64,000 nt of DNA from Octopus vulgaris. Taxonomy: Eukaryota. Position numbers and translations under genes: made by a program. The notes under the pieces were generated by a model. The model worked only from the letters and a program-made list of their open reading frames with translations. It did not search any database and was not told the DNA's origin. Numbering within the stretch: the first letter of the stretch is position 1; every line of letters begins with the position of its first letter. This document shows, piece by piece, positions 13,053 through 27,627 of the stretch. The stretch lies in contig OX597817.1 of NCBI GenBank assembly GCA_951406725.2, positions 76,880,001 to 76,944,000 of the forward strand, in the 5' to 3' direction.

Positions 13053-13952
13053 AAAACTAGTATGAAAATATAATGGCAACATTTTATTTCATTTATTTGC
13101 ACTGATGTAGCAACATTTTGTCACCAATATTCATATACTGTATATCCACAGTAAAGGCTGGCGGCCATTTTCTTCGTTGGTTTTTACAAAACATATCAAT
13201 TTGTTCTGAATGCTCTTTAACAAATCAAAAATGCATATAATGTGATACATTGAAATGTATACTGACTCTCTTTCTTCTTCTTCCCCCTTCTCTCTCTCTC
13301 TCTCTCTCTCTCTCACTTCATCGTTCTATCTCTTTCTTTCCTATTTCTTCCTTTACCACACCGACACTTCGTGTCATCGAAACAATTCTACAGGCAAACT
13401 AATACGGGACAAGACATACATATGAGTGCGTATGTTTGTGTGAGTTTGTCTCTGTATGTGTACCAATGCGTGTGTAAGACAGAAAATGTGGACAGAGAAA
13501 GAGAGTGTGATCTTATGTGTAAACGCTTGTATGTATGTGCTTGCAGATATAGACATCTCACAGTTGATATGAACAAGAATATTTTGATAATGGATACACA
13601 TGCATACAAACACACATACACACACATGTGTGTGTGTGTGTGCATTGATTTATAAATTGAATAAGTATCACTTACATTATTTAAAATAATGTTAATAATA
13701 AAGTGGCTAGCATTTATTAATAACTCACATTATGTTCGTTTTTTGAATGACGCGGGGCGTTCAAATATAAGAACGCACACGGTGTAATGAGATATTTCAG
13801 AAATAGCGTATTATGTGTTGAGTCCAGCTGATGAGATTAAATATCTTTTAAATACACGAAGCAAAATCCTAGATCCTGGAATATACACATCCTTACTTAT
13901 GTATTCAACGCAAGGTACGCCTGTCTCTGTTATGTTTATCGCATCCACCGTG

Positions 13953-13995
<43 letters not shown>

Positions 13996-13996
<1 letters not shown>

Positions 13997-14358
13997 GAGG
14001 CGCAATGGCCCAGTGGTTAGTCATAGGATCGCGGTTTCGATTCCCAGACCGGGAGTTGTGAGTGTTTATTGAGCGAAAACACCTAAAGCTCCACGAGGCT
14101 CCGGCAGGGGATCGTGGTGATCCCTGCTGTACTCTTTCACCTGCTGTACTCTCACTCTTACTTCCTGTTTCTGTTGTACCTGTATTTCAAAAGGCCGGCC
14201 TTGTCACTCTCTGTGTCACGCTGAATATCTCCGAGAACTACGTTAAGGGTACACGTGTCTGTGGAGTGCTCAGCCACTTACACGTTAATTTCACGAGCAG
14301 GCTGTTCCGTTGATTCGGATCAACCGGAACCCTCGACGTCGTAACCGACGGAGTGCTT

Positions 14359-14360
<2 letters not shown>
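13996..14360 (+). mobile_element. tRNA-derived SINE (head, body X, tail T1)
   Basis: ggaggcgcaatggcccagtggttag...ggtttcgattccc. The body is shared with 37900-38090 and the tail with 26800-26950 and 49060-49197. Confidence 0.85.
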
Positions 14361-14406
<46 letters not shown>

Positions 14407-14856
14407 CTGTGTGTGTGTGTGTGTGTATGTGTGTGCATGTGTATACATATATATATATATATTATATATATATATATATGTATACATATATATATATGTA
14501 TATATGTGTGTATATCTATCTATCTATCAATCCACCTGTGATCAATTAATTTTAAATCAATATAATTTATATATTTAAACTTTTACTTATTGCTGTCATT
14601 TGGCCGCGGCCATGCTGGGGCAACGTCTCGGAGGAATTTTAGTCGAAAGTATCGACTTCAATCCTTATTTTTTTAAAAACCTGGTACTTATTCTATGAGT
14701 CGCTTTTTGCCGAACTACTAACTGACGGCGACATAAATGCACCAGCATCGGTTGTCAAATGGCAGTGGTGGTAGTGGAAGGGGAACAAATACAGACACAA
14801 AGACACACACACACACACACACAAATAAGCATACATATATATGTATATATGTATGT

Positions 14857-15420
14857 ATTAGGACGTCCAGTATGGAATATAGAAAAGAAAAAAATTTGCT
14901 AATGTTTTATAAATACAAGGAATAGTTGTATTCATCAAAGTATGCACTCATATTGTCAATACACTGTTGCCATTTCAGCAGTAGCTTGTCCAGCCCAGAA
15001 CTGTAAAAGCCTGGCATTCTAGAGTCAATAAAATCTTGGAAGGCCTGTTTTACAGCATCGGCGGAATTGAAAATTTTTACTATCAAAAAGTTATCCAAAT
15101 TCTGAAAGAAGTGGTAGTCACTGGGGGAAAGATCAGATGAGTATGGGGAATAATGGGGAACTTCTAACTCCAATTCTTGTAATTTCGCCAATGTTACTTT
15201 TGTGATGTGTAGTCTGGTGTTATCTTGCAATAAAATAGAAGTGGATCTGTTGACTAATCTAGGCTGTTTTTTTTATTTTTGCAAGTTTCTGCATCATATG
15301 GTCCAGTCCGCTGTGATTGATGAGCCAGGTTTAATGAAATCATAATAGATCACACCTACGCCAAACCACCAAACACACACCATCAGATTCTTTTAATGAA
15401 TTTTGCTTTTTGGACTATGT
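14857..15420 (-). pseudogene. Mariner transposase 3' fragment
   Basis: QDNTRLH and HYSPYSSDLSPSDYHFF (YSPDLAP-D motif). TIR-like tattaggacgtcc at the left end. Confidence 0.85.
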
Positions 15421-16139
15421 ATATTTATATATTTATATTGTGTATATCGTTGTGAGTGAAAACTGGAAAAGCGAAACTTTGTGATTGAAGTCTAAAGGGT
15501 TGATTAAATATGTACTTTGAAATCCAGGATCGTCACATATCGAATCATGCTAACACCGTTTCAGAATTGCACTATATCGATCTATATCTGTGGAATACTC
15601 AATTACTCGCGGATTCATATGACCGAAATAGTGGTTCAGCTCGATCATTTGAGCTATCAAGAAATGCTATGAAGAAATGCTCATCAACCGACGATGATCC
15701 ATTAATTCTCTCTCATTCTCTTTATATGTATATATATGTATGTGTGTGTGTTTGTGTGTGTGTGTGTGTACTCGGTAAAAAAACAGGCAGAGTAGAAATC
15801 ATTATATATTTTTTATTTAGCTGTAACATTATGCAATTGCATCATTGATGAGTGTCATGTGTTACACTTATTATTCTTGCTAATTAATCTTGAAGAACGT
15901 GAAACTCTCCGACCTTGAGTTACCTATATAATTTTACCGCTAAATAAAAAGAAATACACACCTATATAAATATATGTGTGTGTGTGCGTGTGTGTATGTA
16001 TGTATGTATGTATGTATGTATATATGTATATATATGTATATATATGTATTTATGTATGTATCTCTGCATGTAAGTATGTATGTATATATACTATATCTAT
16101 ATCTATATATCTGTTGTCTCTCTCTCTACCTATCTATAA

Positions 16140-16209
<70 letters not shown>

Positions 16210-16729
16210 GACCATTTTAAATATTAAATCGTAGTTAACGTGATCCTAGCATTTTGCTGTTGCATGCATGCACCTGCGAGAATAAAACACGAACAAGTTG
16301 AATTACCAGCAAAAAACAAAAACAACAAAAACAACAACAACAACGACGATCACCACGATAATCGACAACAAAATATTAACAACCAAACAGTACCAGAATA
16401 AAATCCGCTGCAATGACCGTAGCAACAACGCCATTTAAATGTACTAATGATATTTCACCCAGTATGAAATCCGTTATCACCGACATCCCCAGTTCCACTA
16501 CTAGCTTCATTAGTCGTACAAGCAACTTGACCAATACCAATACAGTCTCATCCAAATACCTTTTTAAGCATCGCCTTCGAAGGCGAGCGTTGTTATTACT
16601 GTGAGTAGCAACAACATAACCATCGCCAATGACGACCTCCTAAGGTCCGACATCACTACTAATAGCATCACCTTCTTTTAAACATAGCTTACTTGCGTCG
16701 CAACCAATACCTTTTACCAAAACTAGTAA

Positions 16730-17210
16730 CTATTTCTTTACTACCCACAAAGGGCTAAACACAGAGGGGACAAACAAGGACAGAAAAACGGATTAAGTCG
16801 ATTACATCGACTCGAGTGAGTAACTGGTACTTATTTAATCGACCCCGAAAGGATGAAATGCAAAGCCGACCTCGGCGGAATTTGAACTCAGTACGTAACG
16901 GCAGACGAAATACGGCTACGCATTTCGCCCGGCGTGCTAACGTTTCTGCCAGCTCGCCGCAATACCTTTTACCAAAACTAATACCTATTTCTTTATTACC
17001 CACAAGGGGCTAAACACAGAGGGACAAACAAGGACAGACATAGGTATTAAGTCGATTACATCGACCCCAGTGCGTAACTGGTACTTAATTTATCGACCCC
17101 GAAAGGATGAAAGGCAAAGTCGACCTCGGCGGAACTTGAACTCACAACGTAACGCAGACGAAATACCGCTAAGCATTTCGCCCGGCGTGCTAACGTTTCT
17201 GCCAGCTCGC
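16730..17210 (-). mobile_element. Two tandem copies of SINE family C
   Basis: rc: ggcgagctggcagaaacgttagcacgccgggcgaaatgc...gagttcaaattccgcc (B box), present twice. Confidence 0.85.
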
Positions 17211-18178
17211 CCACCAAAACTAATACCATGATGACGACGACCACCACCACCACCGCCACTACCACAACAACAACGTCAAGAAGAAGAAGATGAAGAAGAA
17301 GAAGGAAGAGGAGGAGAAGGAGAAGAAAAAGAAGAAGAAGAAGAAGAAGAAGAAGAACAACAACAACAACAACAACAGCAACAATAGCAGCAGTAGTAAC
17401 AACAACATCAATCAATCAAATAAAGAAGAGACAACCATCACAGTAGACTAGAAGTATCTTTACAAAAGCCGTCGTAATCACAACCAATACCGACTCAGCA
17501 GCAACAGCCAAGAACAGCTACAAACCTACAATGTACGACGACGACAACGACGACGACCACCACCACCACCACCACCGCCGCCGCCGCCGCCGCCGCCATC
17601 ACAACCACCACAAAACGTCAAAAGCAACAACAATAACAGCAAGGCTGGCAAGTAATAAATGATATTGAGAAGGAGTTGATGACGTCAAAAGATTAATTAT
17701 GCAAATGCATTTAGTTTCAATCGGTACAGACCTGTTGAAATGTCACTTTGTTCTGGGGAAATGACAAGGAAAATGAAAAAATAAAGCAAATGCAAAGATC
17801 GACCATCATGATAATAACGCTAGAGATATTACAGAAGCTGGAACACCACTGGACATTATATGTGCTTCTTCCCTTCCCCCTCCTCCTCGTCCTCGTACTT
17901 CCCATCACCAACCACTTCTTTTCCTACTCCGTCTTTCTTCTTCTTCTTCATTGTTGATTTTTTTCGATTTCTTTTCTTTGTGTGATGTGAAAACGTCATA
18001 TTTTTTGTTCGATGCATTTCGTCATTTGATATTGTTCTCAGTGTCTTTGGCCCTTGTAGCCAATGCAAGAAATTTATCATCATTGTCGCCCTCGTTTTTG
18101 TCGTCTTCGCCGTCTACGTCGTTTCCGCTGTCGTCTTCGTCGTCCTCATGGTGATGATGATGATGATAATGATAATTA

Positions 18179-18225
<47 letters not shown>

Positions 18226-18227
18226 TA

Positions 18228-18772
18228 AGTGGGAGAGCAGTGCATGCCCATCAAAGTGACACTGCGATAAAATATACGAAGCCCAGTATGCCCATCATGA
18301 CTACACGTCTGATAACGGTACACCAGGCACCTGCATCACAACCAAATGTACGCGACAAGATAAAGAGCGCGTGATTCTAACTGGTGGGAGCCTAGTTAGA
18401 ATTTTTTCTTCAGGTTGAGTAGCCCATCCTGCTCAAAAGATCTCTGAATAAGGGAAATTTAAGGGTGTTGAACAAAACACCAATGTTTCCATAGTTGAAT
18501 TATTGAAGCCCCAAAGAATTCCTCTCAGCATATGGCTATGATGCTCCGCAACTACTTCTGCTCGTGATCAGACATGCACATATCGTCAGCCACCAATGGA
18601 CATGCTCAGCTAGTTAAGGTCAACCAACTGACAAGTAAATGTGTGATACTGAGTAGAATATTTGCTATAGCCCATCTTATATACCACGATAAAACATGTA
18701 CATGGTAACATTTCCAATCAGTTAAGATCAGAAACCATAGGATCCACAGCCTGGTATTACATCATGGCACGT
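18228..18772. mobile_element. Unclassified interspersed repeat
   Basis: 18490-18670 is the reverse-complement homologue of 46070-46220 and 47160-47320. Confidence 0.55.
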
Positions 18773-18789
18773 ATTATTATTATTAAAGC

Positions 18790-18990
18790 TTGCTAGCAGA
18801 CCGTTAGCACTACCCGAAAATACTTAGCGGCATTTCCTCCGTCTTTTAGTTCAGATTGCGCCGAGGTCGACCTTGATTGAGGCAGCAGCATACTCCTTTC
18901 GGTGTCGATAAAATAAGTACCATTTGATCGATGTAATTGATTTATCCTCTTTCAAGAAATTGCTGGCCCTGTGCCAAAATTTGAAACCTT

Positions 18991-19065
<75 letters not shown>

Positions 19066-19250
19066 AGGTTGTTCAAGGCGATGAGCTTGCAAAATCGGTA
19101 GTACAGAATCGGAGTACAAATTTTCCCGAGGTCGGCTATGCACTTCATCATTTTGGGATCGAAAAAATAAAGTAACATTTGAAAGCTTAGATAGATGCTA
19201 TCGTCAAACACACCCCACTAAAATTACTAGAATTGTGCCATAGTTAGGAG
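18790..19250 (+). mobile_element. Two diverged SINE family C copies separated by a (TAC)n tract
   Basis: cgccgaggtcgac...gataaaataagtacc motifs. Confidence 0.65.
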
Positions 19251-19462
19251 AGATTATCATCACCATTATCATCATCATCATAACAGGCACCAATTGTCGA
19301 TTATGATAACGACGATACTCACACTCTAATGGTGATAATGTCGTGAACGCTGATGTTGGTTGCCACAGAGAGAATAGCTGACTGAGATTAATACGACGAT
19401 GGTCATGAAAGCTGACGGTAAAAGTAGTAGTAGTAGTAGTATTAGTAGTTGTAGTAGTAGTT

Positions 19463-19496
<34 letters not shown>

Positions 19497-19537
19497 CAGC
19501 AGCAGCAGTAGTAGTGGCAGTAGCAGCAGCAGTGGTT

Positions 19538-19589
<52 letters not shown>

Positions 19590-19792
19590 CAGCAGCTTGT
19601 GTTTAGTCCTTTGCCAACCCTGGTGGAAAAGATGTTAAGTTTCTTTTGAGGATATCTAGGATAACCATCTTTTAAGGTGGTAGCGTGTGATTAAAGAGCC
19701 ATTTGACTGCTATTTCTAACAGTCAGCGGCCCCATCAGGTCTCGCTTATTTGGTCGAGTTGGTGGAGTACTGATGGTGGTGGTGGTGGTGGT

Positions 19793-19983
<191 letters not shown>

Positions 19984-20989
19984 CTGAAATGCTAGTTGGG
20001 AGGGATGACAAAGAAGATTTAAAGCATCAGGATGAGTGGAGAGAAGAATAGGCGTAGGAGGGAGGAGACGGTAGAGGGATAAATAGAAGGATTAAGCGAT
20101 CGTTAAAGGTAGAATTATAGAGAAACCAAAGACGGATTATAACAAAACATCATGGCGTCAATGTTTGCGACGATTTCGATAATGGTGATAATGAAGGGAA
20201 GCAAATAAAGAAAATAAAGAAGAAAAGGAGGAGGAGAACGGTGAGGAGGAGGAGAAGGTGAGGATCTATGATGATGATGAGGAGGAGGAGGAGGAAGAAG
20301 AGAAGGAGAGTCAAAGACGATGATGATGATGGTGGTGGTGGTGGTGGTGATGATAATTATGATGATGATGAGGAGGAGGAGGAGGAGGATTAGGAGGAGG
20401 ATGATAATAAGGATGATGAATATGAAGTTATGATAATTATGACGAAAGAGTGTGTATGATGATGAAGAGGACGATGACGACGACGATAACGACGACGATA
20501 ACAACGATGATGACGACGACGACGACGACGATGATGATGATGATGAATGCCAATCAACAATTGCGATGAGTATGCTGACAACGTTAATCAGTGCAATAAA
20601 AAAAGATCATGACGATAACTAAACTAAAAAGAGGAGAGAACTCTATCAAGATAATATGTTCCTAATTTACGCAGGATGTTGGTAATGAATGACACCGCTT
20701 ATTTGACAGTGGTACGTACCACTAGCAAACAATGACAAGGAGACCACGAACATCCAAAGTTAGGCTTCTTTCAGTCAGGGATCATAGCAGAAGAACGTTG
20801 CTGGCGTTGCTATATTAAAAGACATTCGCCCTAGGCGAAAGGCACCACTCTGTAGGACTGAACCCGTAACCATATATTTAGGAAACAAACTTCTTAAGCA
20901 CACCGCCACATCCGCACCTACTAGTTTACGGAATATAAATAAGTGGATAAATAAATAAAAATGAAAGAGAAAAATGCACAGAGAGAGAA

Positions 20990-21660
20990 AGAGAAAGGGA
21001 AAAATGCAGATTCTGTGGAAAGAGTGTGGAAAATGAGACTCACTTGGTAAATGGATGTGAGAGCCTTGCACAAAAAGAATACAAGCGCCGCCACGATAAA
21101 GTGTGTGTGTATCTTCATCGGCTTTTATGCCGTAAATACCAATATGAAGTAACAGAGAGCTGGTATGAGCATGTACCAAATAAATTATGCAGGAGGAAGG
21201 AAAAGTAACGATACTCTGGGACTATGGTTTTCAGACGGTTCGTTTACTCGAACACCGTCGGCCGGATATTGTCATATTGAATAATAGAATCAAATACTGT
21301 CAGATCATTGATGTAGCCATACCAAATAACATGAATATTGTAAGTAAAGAAATTGAAAAAATCACCAAGTACTCCAAATTGAAAGTGGAAATGTCAAAAC
21401 TGTATGGAATGGGAGAGGGTAATGTAAAAGTGATATCAGTGGTGATCGGAGCATTAGGCCCAATCCCATTGAAACTTCAAGACTTCTTAAGGCACTGGAA
21501 ATCCCATGCAAGATTGGTGTCTTGCAGAAAGCAACTTTATTGGGCACAGCGCACATCTTAAGGAAAGTATTATCTGTCTGAGGTTCTTGTTTTGACATGA
21601 CAGATGACTAAAGACTCCGGTACATTTTTACCTCCATTGTGTTACGAAGGAATAATAATA
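20990..21660 (+). pseudogene. Degenerate R4/Dong-like non-LTR 3' fragment (zinc knuckle and REL endonuclease)
   Basis: KCRFCGKSVENETHLVNGC...RRHDKV, then ILWDY...RRPDIV...IIDVAIP...KITKY...VVIGALG. Frameshifted and ends in (AAT)n. Confidence 0.85.
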
Positions 21661-21661
21661 A

Positions 21662-21870
21662 TTTCTATTATAGGCACAAGCCCTGCAGTTTGGGGGTAGG
21701 GGTTAATCGATTATATTGACCTCAGTGTTTCACTGGTACTTAATTTATCGAATCCGAAAGAATGAAAGGAAAAATTGACCTCGACAGAATTTGCACTCAG
21801 AACGTAGCCACGGACGAAATGCCCCTAAGTATTTCGTCCACCGTGCTAACGATTCTGCTGGATCACCGCC
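21662..21870 (-). mobile_element. SINE family C
   Basis: Same motifs as 16730-17210. Confidence 0.75.
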
Positions 21871-21897
21871 TTTATAATAATAATGATGATGATGATG

Positions 21898-21937
<40 letters not shown>

Positions 21938-22100
21938 TGATGATGATAACAACAACAACAACAACAATAATAATAATAATAATATGGAAAGGTCGTATAT
22001 GGGAAGGTCGTATATGGGAAGATCGTACGGCAATGAATTTAGATTTACTCATTCAGCGCTGACCTCGAGATAAACAACTACAACAACGGTAATTACATAA

Positions 22101-22139
<39 letters not shown>

Positions 22140-22141
<2 letters not shown>

Positions 22142-22930
22142 TTAACCAATTTTAATTATGGTGTCTAATTGCCATGTTCTACGAGGGAGGTACATAAGTA
22201 GACATTTTGTCTAAAAAAAATTCTGAAGACGTCATAATCCCTTCCGAGTTATCTCTGCTTCATTTTTGTAATATCATAACATAGATATGTCTGACTATTC
22301 CCATATGGTTTTTTGGCTCTTACTATATCAAGGCAGTTATTAAGAGGGTACTTTTAAGCAGATTTAGTTAAATGCAGTTTTTATATCAGGTTTCGTCTTT
22401 AACAGCAATATCCCCATGTAATTTTAAGGACCCAGTAATATAGTAACAAAATTAAAGAAAGAGAACGTTAGAAATAAAGAGAAAGAAATAAAGTGAAAGT
22501 ATTAGAAAAAAAACTAAGGTTGTAATGTAGGCACGGAAAGAAAGATGTTCAAACATCTTCAAATATTTTGATCCCAACTTTCACGTCATCAAAAGCACTT
22601 AGCAAAATATCTATTTCCACCATGGTTTTGACGCAATGCATTCATAAAAATCTTCAAAGAAATACGAAGAAAGGAAGGAAGGAATCGGTAATTGCTTTTT
22701 GAAGTAAGCTTATTATGAGAATAAACGTGTTGAGCATAATCACGTTTAGAAAGTGTAGAATCTCGTCTGGTAAAGCAGCCTCGGCAGGGTAGAAGGCTAG
22801 TTAGAGAAAATGTATTTGTTTACTAAATACGCAGATCCTTGTGTATGTGTCTGGTTTATTTTTCGGAGTCTTTAGACATATACTTTTCTAGCGAGTGGGG
22901 AGGCTTATAGCCTGTCCCTTGTTATAACTA
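22140..22930 (-). pseudogene. Highly decayed PLE-like remnant
   Basis: Minus-strand NKGQAISLPTR*KSIC resembles the PLE RT thumb. Starts at a (TA)n tract. Confidence 0.35.
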
Positions 22931-23024
22931 TGTATATGTTTATTTAAAATATTTGTAAAATTTACCCTTAAGGTATTTATTTTCCCCCTGACCCCTGGTA
23001 AAATCATTAATTATTTTACCTTTC

Positions 23025-23111
<87 letters not shown>

Positions 23112-23112
<1 letters not shown>

Positions 23113-23329
23113 GAGAGGCTGATGAAAAGTTCCTGGTATTAAGGGTATCGTGAAAGGTCTGGTTGGAAGTTGGAGGCCCAGCCTTTCCAGTTCTTTTACA
23201 AGATGTAGAAAGTCCTGAAGGGCCGCTGCAATAAGTGTGAGAATTTGAGAAGGGAATATGTTGCATAAAATCATAATTAAATGATTCTCCTGTATTTTCT
23301 TCTACCAGAAACTTTTCAGCAGCCCCTCG
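23112..23329. mobile_element. Mariner-type MITE in (TA)n
   Basis: TIR cgagaggctgatgaaaagttcctgg versus rc cgaggggctgctgaaaagtttctgg. Confidence 0.8.
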
Positions 23330-23330
23330 C

Positions 23331-23397
<67 letters not shown>

Positions 23398-23478
23398 ATC
23401 CAAACAAGAAAAAAAAAAAAACACAACGCGAGGACGTGGAACAAATATAGTATTATTGGACGCTCAGGAAAGAAGGGA

Positions 23479-23534
<56 letters not shown>

Positions 23535-23660
23535 ATGCATGTTTGTATGTGTGTATATATATGCATATATATGTGTATATATACACATATATACATATAT
23601 ATATATACAAATATACATATGCATACATTTATATATACGTATATATATATACATTTATAT

Positions 23661-23707
<47 letters not shown>

Positions 23708-24589
23708 CATATATATATTACGAAAATCTAAGTAAGTAATTTTAATTTAATTTTAACAGTATTTTTAGTATGGAAATGGGTAACATCAGAAGTACTTTAT
23801 GAAGCCCTAATGATTAAATTTTGTTTGAATAACTGGTTAATTCAGCGTTTATCTAACTTCTACGGTAATAATGATATTATGATAATACTTATTAGAAAGT
23901 TTCTTTCACATGCAAACTACGTAATTTTTAATTATCAATCTATGATTTTTAGTAATTATTATTAATGATAATTAATGCAATCTAATTTATTATTTGCTAT
24001 TTGGCTAGAGATGATATAGTATTTTAGATATATTATTTTGCTATTTACTCATAGATAAATAGTGTATTGTTATCATAATAACATGTGCTTTTTTAATAAT
24101 ATGAAAGAATGAAAGGGATATTTCTTATTTAGCCTTGGTTGGGCACTCTTACTTTAAGGGGAAGTGGTTTGCTTTTGTAAGCACAGTATGACCGAATGAT
24201 TTAAGAAGTTTGCTTCAGAATTAGGAGATCTCAGTTTCCATTTTGCTGTGTGGCATCTTGGGGAAGTTTAATTCTCTATATTTCCTAAATACACAGAGAT
24301 CCTTAGATGAATGCAAATACATATTTTCAGTAGACCTTACAGTCCTTTAAGGGACAGCGTTTAGTTTTTTACGAGCGCATAATGGCCACCTAGCTAAGAC
24401 GTTCGCTTCGCGATCATGAGATCCTTCCTTTCTATTACACAGTTTAGAGTTTCCTTTTCTCAAGTCCCGGATCAACTCATAACTTGCGAGTGAAATTAAC
24501 TTGAGAGAAACTAAATAGAAACCCATCAGATGGATTGTACCAGTAAATTAGTTTATAACACCGACCCCAGTATATGACGGATACTATAT

Positions 24590-25065
24590 TTTATTGACCC
24601 CCGAAAGGGTGAAATTTGACCTCGGCGGGATTTGGACTCGTAACATAAAGGCCGAAAGAGAATCCGTTAAGTATTTGTCCAATGCGCAAAGGATTCTGCC
24701 AGATCCCCGTCTTAGTAATGGTTTCAAATGTTAGCACAGTACCAACAGTTTTAGGGGAGTGGATTAATCGATTACATTCAGCTAGAATGTAACTCAAAAC
24801 ATAAAAAAAGAGAAAAACCATAAAAAATTTTGTCCGACGCACTATCGACTCTGCTAATAATAATCCTTTCTTCTACCGGCACAAGGCCTCAAATATTGAG
24901 AGAATGGGCTAATAAATTACATCGACCCCAGTATTCAACTGGTACTTTTTACATCGATCCCGAAAAGGTGGAAGGAAAAATCGACCTCGGTGATTTGAAC
25001 TCAGAATAAATAGATGGACGAAATGCCGCTAAACATTTTGTCCGGTGTGCTAACAATTCTGCCAC
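24590..25065 (-). mobile_element. Tandem SINE family C copies (about 3)
   Basis: Repeated gacctcgg.g.atttg.actc and gattacat motifs. Confidence 0.7.
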
Positions 25066-25885
25066 GAGCCGGGAAGTGAATCTAGCCACCTAGCCACCTT
25101 CGATTCTGTCAATAACAATCATTGAATCTTCAACTCCTAAATTGTTTTCGGTGAAATTCGCTTTGAAGCCTCCTTACTGAATGTTCCCATCAACAAACTT
25201 AACGAAGTATGGTGTTACGCAGAGGAACACAGCATAGAACGAAATCTAACCCTTGATATTTAAACTCAGTATGTTATCTATGAGCTGTTAGAGTCACTTC
25301 CTAGCTGGTTTTTTTTTTTTTATAAATATTGATACATTCCTCACTAAATGAGATAAGTTTTATCAATTGCTAGCGTTTTGCTGATCAAAGATATCAAATT
25401 CCGAGAGAGATTAGCCTATTTTTTGAGGAAGGAAGTAGGAGTTCTAAGCATTGGTAGCTTATTTCCGTAGGAGAAGTGAGGAGGAAGAAACTATAGATTA
25501 GATGATTTCAGACATGCAGTTATGAGTTCGAAACCAACAAGGGATAAAATTACAATTTTAAATTGGTTTTCTACTGAAGGCAATAGACCTAGTTGGGAAG
25601 TATTTATTGTTTTATCTCATTACGAAATGAAGACATTGTTTTGTAATAGTTTTATGCCCCTCCACTCACACACACACACGTGTAGTATTAACGGTTATGG
25701 AACCAGAAGCTTGAAAATATCCGTCACGTCTATTTCTTTTGTTAATGAAAATAAATGTTACATTACTGAAAGTTACTAAGTGATACTACAATGTAATGTT
25801 TCACTGAATATGTGTGTGTGTGTGAGTGTGTGTGTGTGTGTGTGTCTGTGCTTCTATGTGTGTATACATATATACATATACATAC

Positions 25886-25926
<41 letters not shown>

Positions 25927-26794
25927 CATACATAGATATATATGCCTATACATATTATATATGTATGTGTGTGTATATATTATATATGTATGTGTGTGTA
26001 TATATAGATATATATATGTATGCATATATATATATATATGTATGCATATATATATATATACGTTGTATATATATATATATATTTATATATATATTATTTT
26101 ATATATATATATATATATATATACGAGCATTTGTCTCGTTTTGTGAAGTGCGTGATGTTTAACTTGATAAAGACGTAGTTATCTAAGCTAAAAAAGATGT
26201 AGGAAGAAGGAACTACTTAATAAAGCATATTAGAGGCGTGTTCTTGGGTGATATTTATAGTATAATTGCATTTGCATGAATATTTAATGTTTACTTGTTG
26301 TTAGTGTATTAATGAATAGATTTGAAATTTGTGTGAAAATATTCTACATAGGTAAAAATCATCATGTAAACGTTAAGAGAGAAAAAGGAAAAAATATGTA
26401 GCTAGAAGATATGTTAGTTTAACATTCGAATGTTTAATGTAAAATGTGAAGTAGACGTTTGCGTGTTACCTCGGAGGATGATTGAAGATTAATTATCAGA
26501 GTGTTGTATGTTAAGGTCAACGGTTGTGTAACGGCAGTCAGATAAGTGGATGGTGAAAAGATGTATACATGAATAGTAAAGGTGGAAGGGGAATTATGTA
26601 ACGGGGACTAAGTTAATATAATATTTGGGAATATATTGCAAGATATGATAAATATTAGTGTGGTTTTTCTGATTATAAACTAAGGATTAGTTGTCTTATA
26701 AATTATATAGCGATGTAAAAATGAAATGGTTGTAGATATGTGTGTTTAAGTACAAAGTAAGCAAATTAAGAGAAAAATTTTTAGTGCTGAGGAT

Positions 26795-27100
26795 AGGAGT
26801 ACTCCGTCGGTTACGAGGACGAGGGTTCCAGCTGATACGATCAATGGAACAGCCAGCTCGTGAAATTAACGTGCAAGTGACTGAGCAATCCACAAACACG
26901 CGTACCACTAACGTAGTTCTCTGGCAGATTCAGCGTGACACAGAGCGTGACACGTACAACTCATTTTTGCCAGCTGAGTGGAATGGAGCAACGTGAAATA
27001 AAGTGTCTTGCTCAAGGACACAACGCGTCACCGGGAATTGAACTCACGACCTTGCAATCGTGAGCCGAATGCCCTAACCAGTAAGCCAAACGCCTTCGCT
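26795..27100 (-). mobile_element. tRNA-derived CORE-type SINE with tail T1
   Basis: rc head ggcttactggttagggc...gagttcaattcccgg; CORE-like ttgtgtccttgagcaagacacttta; tail as in 14215-14360. Confidence 0.85.
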
Positions 27101-27189
27101 GAGGAGAGGAGAGAATAGAGAAAAATATATTTGTCAGAAATATGCATACAGATAACTCAGAACCAACATTTTTGAAAGATTTGTTTTTC

Positions 27190-27480
27190 CTTTCCCTCGT
27201 TGGATATTTGCTGGTCGACGAAGAGGTTTCCTTCTCGCTGCTCTGCTATTATAGGCAAGTTAATGGATATGCCTCACAGAAGTACTCCAGCTCATTTGCA
27301 GTTGCTCTGTAACATCAGGTGCTTTACAACGGAGATTATTTTCAACAATTCGTTTGACATCCCGAAGATGTCTATCAGTGGGGCGAAGTTGACCTGAACG
27401 AGATACTGTTGATTCGGTTGTTTTGTTGTAAATTGTACAATCAATTCAATCACCGTTTACTGTGGAAAGAAGAATCCCAA
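27190..27480 (-). pseudogene. Tc1 transposase N-terminal fragment
   Basis: TDRHLRDVKRIVENN...SVRHIH*LAYNSRAARRKPL resembles the second HTH of Tc1/Tc3. Confidence 0.6.
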
Positions 27481-27627
27481 GGTTCTGTGCAGTCTTACAC
27501 TGGCTAAGCCCAATCTCAAATTGACACACACTACGCTGTCTTTGAAAATCAAATAATTTTTTTTGCTTCTGGTGTTCGCAGCATGGCTAGTTGTTATAAA
27601 TAATTAATATACTAAAAGGTAAATTAA

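Noticed and set aside
13825-13875. CTGATGA hammerhead core matches (also 8140, 23119, 47126, 62464)
   Set aside because: No properly placed stem II-GAAA-UH-stem I. The 23119 match is part of a mariner TIR.
21982-22026. 15-bp unit repeated three times (atatgggaaggtcgt)
   Set aside because: Trivial local slippage.
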